Shown: one piece after another, positions 18,635-25,991 of the stretch
How the letters are laid out: every line of letters starts with the position of its first letter
Position numbering within the stretch: position 1 is the stretch's first letter
Source: Halogeometricum borinquense DSM 11551
GTDB lineage: Archaea; Halobacteriota; Halobacteria; Halobacteriales; Haloferacaceae
Reading direction: 5' to 3'
DNA length: 32,000 bases
Assembly (NCBI RefSeq): GCF_000172995.2
Contig: NC_014729.1
Coordinates: 690,001-722,000, forward strand
The notes under the pieces: generated by a model
Told to the model about the DNA's origin: nothing
Seen by the model: only the letters and a program-made list of their open reading frames with translations
The model's database searches: none
Made by a program: the position numbers and the translations under genes

Positions 18635-18838
18635 CGCGCGCGGTCTGAATTTCGCTATTTTCGTTATGACCTCATCCCTGTCTCGAACTCGGACGCTGCC
18701 GTGTGGGTATCACTGTAGCGTGTCTCCGGTCCAATCGCCCGCCGTGCGGCGTTCGTGACGCTCACTAACACCCGACGCCCCCGCCTCGAAAAGAAACTCT
18801 TAAACTAATCCTCGAACAACCACTGAATGCGCTCACCT

Positions 18839-18912
18839 GGGCCAATAGCTCAGTCAGGTTGAGCGCTCGGCTGATAACCGGGAGGCCCGCGGTTCAAATC
18901 CGCGTTGGCCCA
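18839..18912 (+). tRNA. tRNA-Ile (anticodon GAU)
   Basis: Cloverleaf folded by hand, 74 nt. Acceptor stem GGGCCAA/TTGGCCC, D stem GCTC/GAGC, anticodon stem CTCGG/CCGGG, anticodon loop CTGATAA (anticodon GAT), variable loop AGGCC, T stem CGCGG/CCGCG with loop TTCAAAT, discriminator A. No CCA is encoded. Confidence 0.92.
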
Positions 18913-19086
18913 TGCCCAGGACGGCCGGTCTTTGACCGGCCCCGTCTGGGGGGCTCAACTCCCCAGCCACCTAATTTCCGTACTTCACACTTCTGAGCCG
19001 CAGCTATTTCATCTTAAGTTCATTCACGGTTTGAACGGTGGTCGCCGCCGTCTGTCGATTCGAATAGCCGACGGAGGTGACCCCGC

Positions 19087-19326
19087 GTGACGTTCGCCCA
19101 GCGGAACCTCTCCGTAGGCGGGTTCTCGACGGAGAAAGACTGCGAATTCCGCTGTCCGCACTGTCGCGCTCGCTGTACTGAATCTCCTGTCAACGAAACG
19201 GAATTCGGACATCGGGACGGTTGCCCTCGGCGTCCAACACATCTGCCAACTGGCGGGGGCGGTGCGACCTATGAAGACATCCGCGGCGACGAACTCGCCA
19301 CAGATGGAAGAGGTTCCCGCGCATGA
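19087..19326 (+). CDS. Small Zn-ribbon-like protein
   Basis: 79 aa with CEFRCPHCRARC...HRDGCPRRPTH. The stop overlaps the next start (ATGA at 19323). Confidence 0.5.
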   Translation: MTFAQRNLSVGGFSTEKDCEFRCPHCRARCTESPVNETEFGHRDGCPRRPTHLPTGGGGATYEDIRGDELATDGRGSRA

Positions 19327-19991
19327 GCCTCGCGCCGTCCAAGCGCGGGGGCAACGCCGCTGAATCTACCGTTCACCAACTTGTTGACGGCCTCCGGTAC
19401 GTTCCGGACTCGGAAGCCGAACATTACGACGCCGAAGTTGTCGAACTCCTTTTACCGAGTGCCGACCTTCCGTTCGTCGGCATCTGTCTCCTCGAGGTCG
19501 GCGTCGCTGTCGAAATCAAGAGCGCCATGGCCGTCTACGGCCAAGCCCAGCGCCGCGGCCGCTTCCTCATCCGCCAATCGAAGCATATCGCGCAGGGAGT
19601 CGTCGAACATATCGACTCTGCGCGGTCTGTCGTCGAGAACACGCTCGAGGAAGCTGCTGACGATCTCGTGCGTGCGGAGACGTTCGGTGACGATGATCCG
19701 TGGAGTCGGTGGCTCGATCACTACGTCGAAGACGTTGAAGAGGGGGCGGGAAGCGGGAACCGCGACGTTCTGGAGTTCGGGTGGAAGCCGAGTGATCGAC
19801 ACGACGCGAAGCGACTCATCCGCGCGGGCGCGATGAAGTGGGCGGAAGTCGCGGGTGAGGATATGCCGCGATTTGCGAGGGAGTTTGAGGTTGAAATGAC
19901 GCTCGCGGATAACTCACGGTTCAACCTCGACTGGAGAGCCTTGAAGAAACTCCTGCCACGGAACTACTCGCTGACGCCGTCGCACGGCTGA
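19323..19991 (+). CDS. Hypothetical protein with an Hjc-like / PD-(D/E)xK nuclease-fold N-terminal signature
   Basis: SKRGGNAAESTVHQLVDGL...HYDAEVVELL...VGVAVEIKSAM...RRGRFLIRQSKH fits an E...D...E-x-K pattern as in archaeal Holliday-junction-resolvase-like nucleases. This assignment is an inference. Confidence 0.6.
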   Translation: MSLAPSKRGGNAAESTVHQLVDGLRYVPDSEAEHYDAEVVELLLPSADLPFVGICLLEVGVAVEIKSAMAVYGQAQRRGRFLIRQSKHIAQGVVEHIDSARSVVENTLEEAADDLVRAETFGDDDPWSRWLDHYVEDVEEGAGSGNRDVLEFGWKPSDRHDAKRLIRAGAMKWAEVAGEDMPRFAREFEVEMTLADNSRFNLDWRALKKLLPRNYSLTPSHG

Positions 19992-20474
19992 GGCGGGGCC
20001 TCGTGAGTGGCAACACTATTCGTCGCCTGTTTTTGCGGTAATCGTTTCTGCTTTTCTGCCGGTTCTGGTACTTGGCTGGAGGTTCTTGATCGGCATCGTC
20101 ATCGAGGCCGACGAGCGACTGCCTTCGAAACTGGCGGGGGTACCCCACTTGTCCGTTAGGGGTGTCGGTAAAGACCGACACGGACAGATTACCTCAGCCT
20201 TCGCTTCGCTCAGGCTTCAGATGAAACAGACGAAGCATGGTCGCCGCGCCTACTCGGCGCGGCTTGGCGCGTATTAGATGTAGTGTGAGCCGCCGTTTCC
20301 TTCTACTTGTCAATTATAGCTTATCTATGTAGAGAGAAGATACTCCTCACTGTTGAGGTAATCACTTGGGTGAAGGAGCGACAATTGATTGGTCCAAGTT
20401 CAGAGTACACGGGAAGTCTCCCAGGACATTTTCGTTCTCGTTTAACTCAGGAGAATCTAGTCTATCATATCCAT

Positions 20475-20507
<33 letters not shown>

Positions 20508-20798
20508 GATGACAAATATTGTCGGGAGGTATGCCAACGAGATTGTTGTCGTTTTTTGGATCTTATGACTTTTTAGCTAAGACCTTGCCCGGAATTGCAT
20601 TCGTTGTAGGAATATTTCCATTATGTTGAATTAATCCCCGACGTATCTGCTGAGCCGCCAAGAGTTTCATTGCTTTGGAGGCCACATAACCAAGGGTCTT
20701 CCACCGGATCTTCGAGGGGGTGAGTTTCCCGCTGGCAGTGTTCGCCTTCAGTCACAGCACGGTGACAAAGAAGACCGAACTGGCGTCAAAATACGATG

Positions 20799-21227
20799 TT
20801 AGAAGCTGATGCCGTACCCGTTCTTTTTTGCGAACTCAATGAGGTTAATGCACATCTCAATCGTTCGATCTACGATCTCCATTCGATCGTCGTCAAGTTG
20901 ATCCTCGAGGTTCTTGCGGGCAACTTCAAGTGACGTGACGAACGTATCGAGTCCTTCTATATCTCGGACTACTCCGTCCTCGTCACGATACTTGAATAAT
21001 ATCTCTGCTATTGATGGCTCTCCCGTATCTACTACCTGTGTTGTTGGATTTTTATAGATCATAAACACATCATCCTGCCGTAAGTTCTCTTTAAAGTGCT
21101 TATATTCGGAGATTTCATCGAGGGAGTCGTCGTATTTTGAGTTTTCAACATGGTAACGGTAGAACTGTTTACCAGTTGCAAGCGTCTCCTTCTCGTCAGG
21201 GACAACTAGTGAGAATGTACTACTCAT
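20799..21227 (-). CDS. Putative immunity protein for the orphan toxin tip
   Basis: 142 aa, low GC, starting 4 nt downstream of the orphan toxin cassette. No signal peptide and no recognised family. The role is inferred from position only. Confidence 0.6.
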   Translation of the reverse strand: MSSTFSLVVPDEKETLATGKQFYRYHVENSKYDDSLDEISEYKHFKENLRQDDVFMIYKNPTTQVVDTGEPSIAEILFKYRDEDGVVRDIEGLDTFVTSLEVARKNLEDQLDDDRMEIVDRTIEMCINLIEFAKKNGYGISF

Positions 21228-21231
21228 ATTC

Positions 21232-21984
21232 TCACCACGGGCTCACGCTTTTGGCTACTCTATACATCAGCTCAAGCACCTCATTGGTCCACCTGTACGT
21301 TTCAACTTGATCAGAGTCTATGTCTTCGTGTTCACCAGTGTTGTCCATTCCCCTCGGGACAATAGCACATGCCTCAGTGTTCGCGAAGTCGTCTCCTGAC
21401 AGATCCAATACGGACTTGTTCAATCGATCCGGATTTTCAATCTTAGGAACACCATTTTCGTCTTGAGGTATTCCTGAGTTCTGTATATCGGCGATCTTAT
21501 TTTCCGCTTGTTTGATCGCCTCTCTTGCATGATCGTCATTACTTGAGCCAGTTTTTTCTTCGACGGCTTTCACAACTTCCCCCTTCTCCTTGTCCATGAT
21601 TAGCTTGTCAATTTCTGGGTTTTCTTCAGTGTATACATGAAATCCCTTAGCCATATTATCGTGAGCCGGAACTACTACAAGTTCATCTCTCTCGTCAAAG
21701 TCCTTAACAAAGCTTTCAACAAGATTTTTCTCCGGATGTGACGAGAGAACTTCCCCAACGTCACCTTGGTCCCCACCGAGATCTTTGGGTGAGTCACCGA
21801 TTCTCCAGAGGTCCTCGAAGAACTCATCGTATTTGTCATCGTCTACGGTCTGTTCTAACTCAGCGAGTAACTCGTCACTCAATCCCATCTCTTTGAGCGC
21901 CACCAGTGGTGACGCCACAGTATCCCGATCAGGGAGGTTGTTCCAGCGGGGCATCCGCTGAACGTGCACGTCTGAGTGCTCCAT
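21232..21984 (-). CDS. Orphan (displaced) polymorphic-toxin C-terminal cassette
   Basis: The 250-aa ORF begins MEHSDVHVQRMPRW..., exactly the junction motif found inside the 635-aa toxin (...HRMEHSDVHVQRVPQ...). 35 nt are identical (21956-21990 versus 23829-23863). It has no DUF4157 module of its own, and the remainder is unique and low GC. Confidence 0.75.
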   Translation of the reverse strand: MEHSDVHVQRMPRWNNLPDRDTVASPLVALKEMGLSDELLAELEQTVDDDKYDEFFEDLWRIGDSPKDLGGDQGDVGEVLSSHPEKNLVESFVKDFDERDELVVVPAHDNMAKGFHVYTEENPEIDKLIMDKEKGEVVKAVEEKTGSSNDDHAREAIKQAENKIADIQNSGIPQDENGVPKIENPDRLNKSVLDLSGDDFANTEACAIVPRGMDNTGEHEDIDSDQVETYRWTNEVLELMYRVAKSVSPW

Positions 21985-21990
21985 GCGATG
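21956..21990. repeat. 35-nt exact repeat, copy 1 (junction of the orphan toxin cassette)
   Basis: cgctgaacgtgcacgtctgagtgctccatgcgatg is identical to 23829-23863. The flanking bases differ on both sides. Confidence 0.9.
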
Positions 21991-21998
21991 GAGTGAGA

Positions 21999-22766
21999 CT
22001 ATTCGCGTGAATGAATAGCGAGATCAGTGAGATGGTCCTCTTCTTCAAGTGTTGACTCCGATAGAGAGTCTGCAAAGAACTGAATTCTGTCTGGTTCCAG
22101 CTCTTCTTTGAATTGATTGAGACATGTAACAAGCCGCCCTCTATTTATTGCACCAATTGTAGTATCCTTGAACCAGATATCTGTGTCTGTATAGACGCTT
22201 ACTAAAATACTTGTCATTGGACTCGAATCATCGTAGCCATCTATGTCATGGCTAACCTCAAATCGCAGAGGATCAATTGAAGAGCTGCCAAGGATGTCGT
22301 CTTCATTACGTCTATTAACGACCTTATAGTATTGATCGTTCTCAGAACAAAGATATCGGTTTTCACCACTAATATAGAATTTTGTCAATCCCGACCCGAA
22401 CTTAACGTTGGAAACGATCCGTTGATAGCCATCTTCCGTCGTGGATTCGCTAAACTGCTCAAATATCTCTGATACGTCTAATCCATCTTGATCTTCATAC
22501 TCATAGCTTTCTGCGATAAGATCAGTGGACTCGAAGTCATATATCTGATCCAGTGATACCTCATTTGGGTATGTGAATTCTCCAACTTCTATGCTAGTCG
22601 GTCGATAAAAACAGCCAAATGCATCAGATATGAGTGAAATTACAGTAGTAACATTCTGGTGTGATTCTTGAACTGATTCTCCGACATCATCAATTCGAAA
22701 TGTCCATGATGCATCTAAGTGAGGATTTGAGACGATGAAATCAGTATTAGGGATCATTACTGCCAT
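21999..22766 (-). CDS. Putative immunity protein for the DUF4157 / PD-(D/E)xK-like toxin
   Basis: 255 aa, acidic, low GC. Its ATG lies inside the last codons of the toxin gene (minus strand ATGGCAGTAA, a 10-nt overlap). No family recognised; the role is inferred from position. Confidence 0.65.
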   Translation of the reverse strand: MAVMIPNTDFIVSNPHLDASWTFRIDDVGESVQESHQNVTTVISLISDAFGCFYRPTSIEVGEFTYPNEVSLDQIYDFESTDLIAESYEYEDQDGLDVSEIFEQFSESTTEDGYQRIVSNVKFGSGLTKFYISGENRYLCSENDQYYKVVNRRNEDDILGSSSIDPLRFEVSHDIDGYDDSSPMTSILVSVYTDTDIWFKDTTIGAINRGRLVTCLNQFKEELEPDRIQFFADSLSESTLEEEDHLTDLAIHSRE

Positions 22767-24664
22767 TGCACCTCATTTTTGTTTATTTTACCTGTGATAA
22801 CCTTGTTTCCGACCACAATACGGACAGCATCAATGGGTACTGATCCAAATTGGATTTTCTTCATTATGTACGATTCAATGTACCGTTTTGCGTCCTCTAG
22901 CGGCTTACCTCTCAATTCTCCTTTTTCATCAATAGGGCTTTTGAAATTTAACTCAACTATCCTTTCGTGATGATCAACATTAAACTCATTAGATACGTCT
23001 TCAATTTTCTTACTAACAGAATCAGATTCAAACTTGTCTATAGTCTTACCTATCTCACCACTAATGAAATCTTTATCGACGTATCCTTTCTTTGGACTCT
23101 TTTGTTCTGCCCAGATGGCTTTATTCCCCTCCACAGCCAAGATGTCAATTCGATCTTCCCTGTCCGGTTCCATCTCAACATATTCTGACTGTCTTACGTA
23201 TGCAGCGAGTCGTTCTGTCTCAAATGCCACACCATCAAATACACTGTTCGGATCGTTATTTGACAACGATCCAATTGAATCGTCACCATCAACGACTGTT
23301 GTTGCGTCCCGCTGGGCGACATCCATCGTTTCTTCGAGTCGGGCCAGGTACTCCAGAATTCGTTCTGACCCATGTCCCTCAGCGATCTCTGTCAATAAGT
23401 TTCGTCGCCACTTTCCAAGTGTTGCAGCATGGTACTCGGAGAAGTCCTCGACAGTAGTGCCCATTACTGCACTGAACAGGTCTGTTCCACGTCTCTCCGC
23501 AATTTCGAGGGCGGATGAATCACCGGTAGCGATCACCTGGTCCACAGCCGAAGCGTTTCCTTCAGTACGGTACCCCAACAAGTCATTCAGTTGTTCTTGC
23601 TGGTCGGATGAGAGCGATCCCGAGTCATCGATAGCTAGATCCTCAGCAAAGTCGAAGCCTCGGGGGGTATCCGTACCATTGGCATTCAGCAGTGCCGCCA
23701 AAAGTTCCGGGCGAAGGCTCTCTGAGCCCTCACTGTAAGACTCTAGTAACGCTCTAATTTTCTCCTCTTGCTCTTCGTCAATGTCGAACTTAGAGAGTGC
23801 AAGCCCCAATCGGGCCGATTGAGGAACACGCTGAACGTGCACGTCTGAGTGCTCCATGCGATGCACGCCGATTTTCCCACCTTGCATCACGCGCTGGGCG
23901 GTTTCTTCGGCTTCCCGCTCTAAGCGCGGGTCAGGATCAATCTCTAACTCGCCTTCTTGGGGAAGCATCGACACCGCGCCACCAGTTTGTTGGCGCACGT
24001 GCGCTAACTCGTGGGCGAGAATATGCTGGCCTTCAGCACTTGATGGATCGTATTCGCCGTGGTTGAACGCGATGTGATTCCCGACGGTAAACGCGCGGGC
24101 GTTGATATCCTCGCAAGCTTTCGCGGCCGATGGACCCGTATGGATGCGTACATCGCCCAGATTGTCGCCCATCCGATCTTCCATCGCACGCTGGATGCTC
24201 GTGTCGAGTTGCTGGCCCGGCGAGGAAATCACGTCTCGTACGGAGTCAGGCACGTTCGTGTCGCCAGCTTTCGACGCCTCGTGGTGCGCGCCGCGACTAC
24301 GCTGGACAGATTTAGCGTTCCGGCGTTCGATGTCCTTTGGGACTTCTGCGGGACGCTGTTTTTGCCGTTCACGGAACGCGCGCATGTCGCGTGGTTTGCC
24401 CATCGTATCGACGGTCATTCCCTCGTCGGCCCATTCTCGGACTTGACCTGCGCCGTGTTTCTTGGCCAGTCGCTGAATCTTCGTATCCAGCCCGTCCATG
24501 TATATTTCGACGCCGAATCGTGATTCACACTCTTGGGGTGTTAGCGAACCACCGCCACTCCGGCCTCGATCACGACCTGAGCCTCCCGTCAGCTCTTGGA
24601 TCGAGGGGACAGACGAGGACCGATCACCCTCACGGGTTCGTTCCTCTGTAGATCGAAATCCCAT
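22757..24664 (-). CDS. DUF4157-domain polymorphic toxin, paralog B, with a PD-(D/E)xK-like C-terminal tip
   Basis: 635 aa. The DUF4157-type signature is GQQLDTSIQRAMEDRMGDNLGDVRIHTGPSAAKACEDINARAFTVGNHIAFNHGEYDPSSAEGQHILAHELAHVRQQTGG. The junction reads GVHRMEHSDVHVQR. The C-terminal region FETERLAAYV...DRIDILAVEGNKAIWAEQKSPKK fits E...D...E-x-K. GC drops visibly 3' of the junction. Confidence 0.9.
   Translation of the reverse strand: MGFRSTEERTREGDRSSSVPSIQELTGGSGRDRGRSGGGSLTPQECESRFGVEIYMDGLDTKIQRLAKKHGAGQVREWADEGMTVDTMGKPRDMRAFRERQKQRPAEVPKDIERRNAKSVQRSRGAHHEASKAGDTNVPDSVRDVISSPGQQLDTSIQRAMEDRMGDNLGDVRIHTGPSAAKACEDINARAFTVGNHIAFNHGEYDPSSAEGQHILAHELAHVRQQTGGAVSMLPQEGELEIDPDPRLEREAEETAQRVMQGGKIGVHRMEHSDVHVQRVPQSARLGLALSKFDIDEEQEEKIRALLESYSEGSESLRPELLAALLNANGTDTPRGFDFAEDLAIDDSGSLSSDQQEQLNDLLGYRTEGNASAVDQVIATGDSSALEIAERRGTDLFSAVMGTTVEDFSEYHAATLGKWRRNLLTEIAEGHGSERILEYLARLEETMDVAQRDATTVVDGDDSIGSLSNNDPNSVFDGVAFETERLAAYVRQSEYVEMEPDREDRIDILAVEGNKAIWAEQKSPKKGYVDKDFISGEIGKTIDKFESDSVSKKIEDVSNEFNVDHHERIVELNFKSPIDEKGELRGKPLEDAKRYIESYIMKKIQFGSVPIDAVRIVVGNKVITGKINKNEVQWQ
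23829..23863. repeat. 35-nt exact repeat, copy 2 (junction inside the full-length toxin gene)
   Basis: Identical to 21956-21990. On the minus strand it encodes HRMEHSDVHVQR. Confidence 0.9.
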
Positions 24665-24689
24665 CTTTCTACCTGATTGACAGCAACCC

Positions 24690-24698
24690 CATATAATT
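24690..24698 (-). promoter_or_regulatory. Putative TATA box for a leaderless transcript of toxin paralog B
   Basis: catataatt lies about 27 nt upstream of the ATG at 24664. It matches in sequence and spacing the element upstream of paralog A (1240-1248). Confidence 0.45.
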
Positions 24699-24754
24699 CC
24701 TCTCCGTTCGAGACCGAACGTTTCTGTACGGACGAGGACAGTGCGTGAGCGCCG

Positions 24755-25138
24755 TTAGAACAGCGCAGAGAGAACGGCGAGGTCGTCGGCCGACGGCCAC
24801 GTGTAGAGCGCCCACGCGCCGAACACGTAGGCCATGAGCGGGACTTCGAGGCCGAATGCCCACGGGACCACGAACGGCGTGAGGAGTGCCCCGACCATCG
24901 TCGGCGCGAGGTTCGCAACGACGACGACGACCACGGGCGTCCCAGCGGGATAGTTGAGTTCGAGACGCGGTGGAACGAGTCGATCGACGAGATCCAACGG
25001 GCGGGTTGCCTCGATCCACGGCCACGCCACCGCAGCATGCGTGAGTTCGTGCGCGAGTACTGCGGGGAACATAACGAGCGCCCCGAGGAGATCGACGAGG
25101 CCGACATTCTCTGAATCCGTATCAGAGGTCGTCGTCAT
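24755..25138 (-). CDS. Small integral membrane protein with an HExxH motif (zincin-like, DUF3267-like)
   Basis: From the ATG at 25138: MTTTSDTDSENVGLVDLLGALVMFPAVLAHELTHAAVAWPW..., followed by hydrophobic helices. The ATG overlaps the stop of the upstream gene (ATGA at 25135-25138). It lies directly upstream of the toxin gene on the same strand. Confidence 0.65.
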   Translation of the reverse strand: MTTTSDTDSENVGLVDLLGALVMFPAVLAHELTHAAVAWPWIEATRPLDLVDRLVPPRLELNYPAGTPVVVVVVANLAPTMVGALLTPFVVPWAFGLEVPLMAYVFGAWALYTWPSADDLAVLSALF

Positions 25139-25811
25139 CGCGGACGAGCACCTCCGCCGTTCCATAAGCTAAACAGTGCAAGCGCCGCGCCGAACAGGAT
25201 CGACATGAACGCTCCAATCTTGGCCGCAGGCGGGAGGAACGGCATGAGGAACCCGCCGATCAGGATCGAAATCACTGCGGGGAGATCAGCGCGACCCTCA
25301 GTGAGGATGTAGAGAATCGTGCCGATCCCGATCCCGAGCATGGCTGGCGCAACCGGCCCAAGGAGATCCATGAACGGCTTGACGAACCCCGCCCACGCGT
25401 CGCCCTCTTTCCACGGATCGTCGTAGGGGCTGTCGTACTGTGCGACCGTACTCGAGAGAACCCACGCGACCTCCAGGAGAACCGAGGACGTCACCGCGGA
25501 CGCACCCCCGAACGCCCGGTGAACATGTAGATCACAAATAGACCCATTGACCACGTGAGTGGCGACGCGATCATAACCGCACCCCACGACGGAAGGCCCG
25601 CATTGACGAGCATATCCGCTAAGGCGTATATCAATACGAACGACGAAACGACCTCGTCAGTACCGGAGATCGTCGCAACTGACGCGAGCGACGACCCGCC
25701 GAAGTCGAAAGTCTTTGACGCCGCGTTGACGCATCTTACCGAGTCCGAGGAGAATCTGCAGGACGTTCGTGTCAAGTACTCGCCCCAGATGGTGAAGGAC
25801 TGCTGTAACAC
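25135..25811 (-). pseudogene. Multi-pass membrane protein gene, apparently split by a 1-nt frameshift at a G5/C5 run
   Basis: ORFs 25491..25811 and 25135..25587 overlap by 97 nt on the same strand and are offset by one frame. The downstream ORF has only a GTG start far upstream of its hydrophobic core. Adding one G at the run ccccc (25506-25510) would join ...IYMFTGRSG to GASAVTSSVLLEV... The alternative is two separate genes. Confidence 0.45.
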
Positions 25812-25991
25812 GCAGGTTCTGGGACTTCGGTATCGGACGTCTGTTGAGAGTCGGTGGCGGAGATAAACCTTCAGTCTCGCACGAGGTAGTTTTATTCACC
25901 AACTCAACTATTAGATACTACTTTCTAGATTGGTTTTGGGAGTTTAGTCGGATTGTTTACTCTACTTGTGACAAATTTAGCTATTCCCTGA

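Noticed and set aside
19968-19991. Peptide SLTPSHG at the C-terminus of the 222-aa ORF also appears in an out-of-frame ORF (21929..22132) over the orphan-cassette junction
   Set aside because: The second occurrence is in a non-coding frame of the toxin junction. In the true toxin frame the two regions show no similarity, and the nucleotide match is only partial. I treat it as coincidence.
20563-20751. Open minus-strand frame (…TASGKLTPSKIRWKTLGYVASKAMKLLAAQQIRRGLIQHNG…) in a GC-normal patch downstream of the last immunity gene
   Set aside because: It reads like a protein, but it is bounded by a TGA immediately upstream and has no plausible start giving more than 40 aa. I could not match it to any family. 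At best it is an unidentifiable gene remnant.
22779-23738. Several plus-strand ORFs (63-234 aa) antisense to the toxin tip
   Set aside because: They are Ser/Phe/Leu-rich low-complexity products in the AT-rich part of a well-supported minus-strand gene. No motifs.
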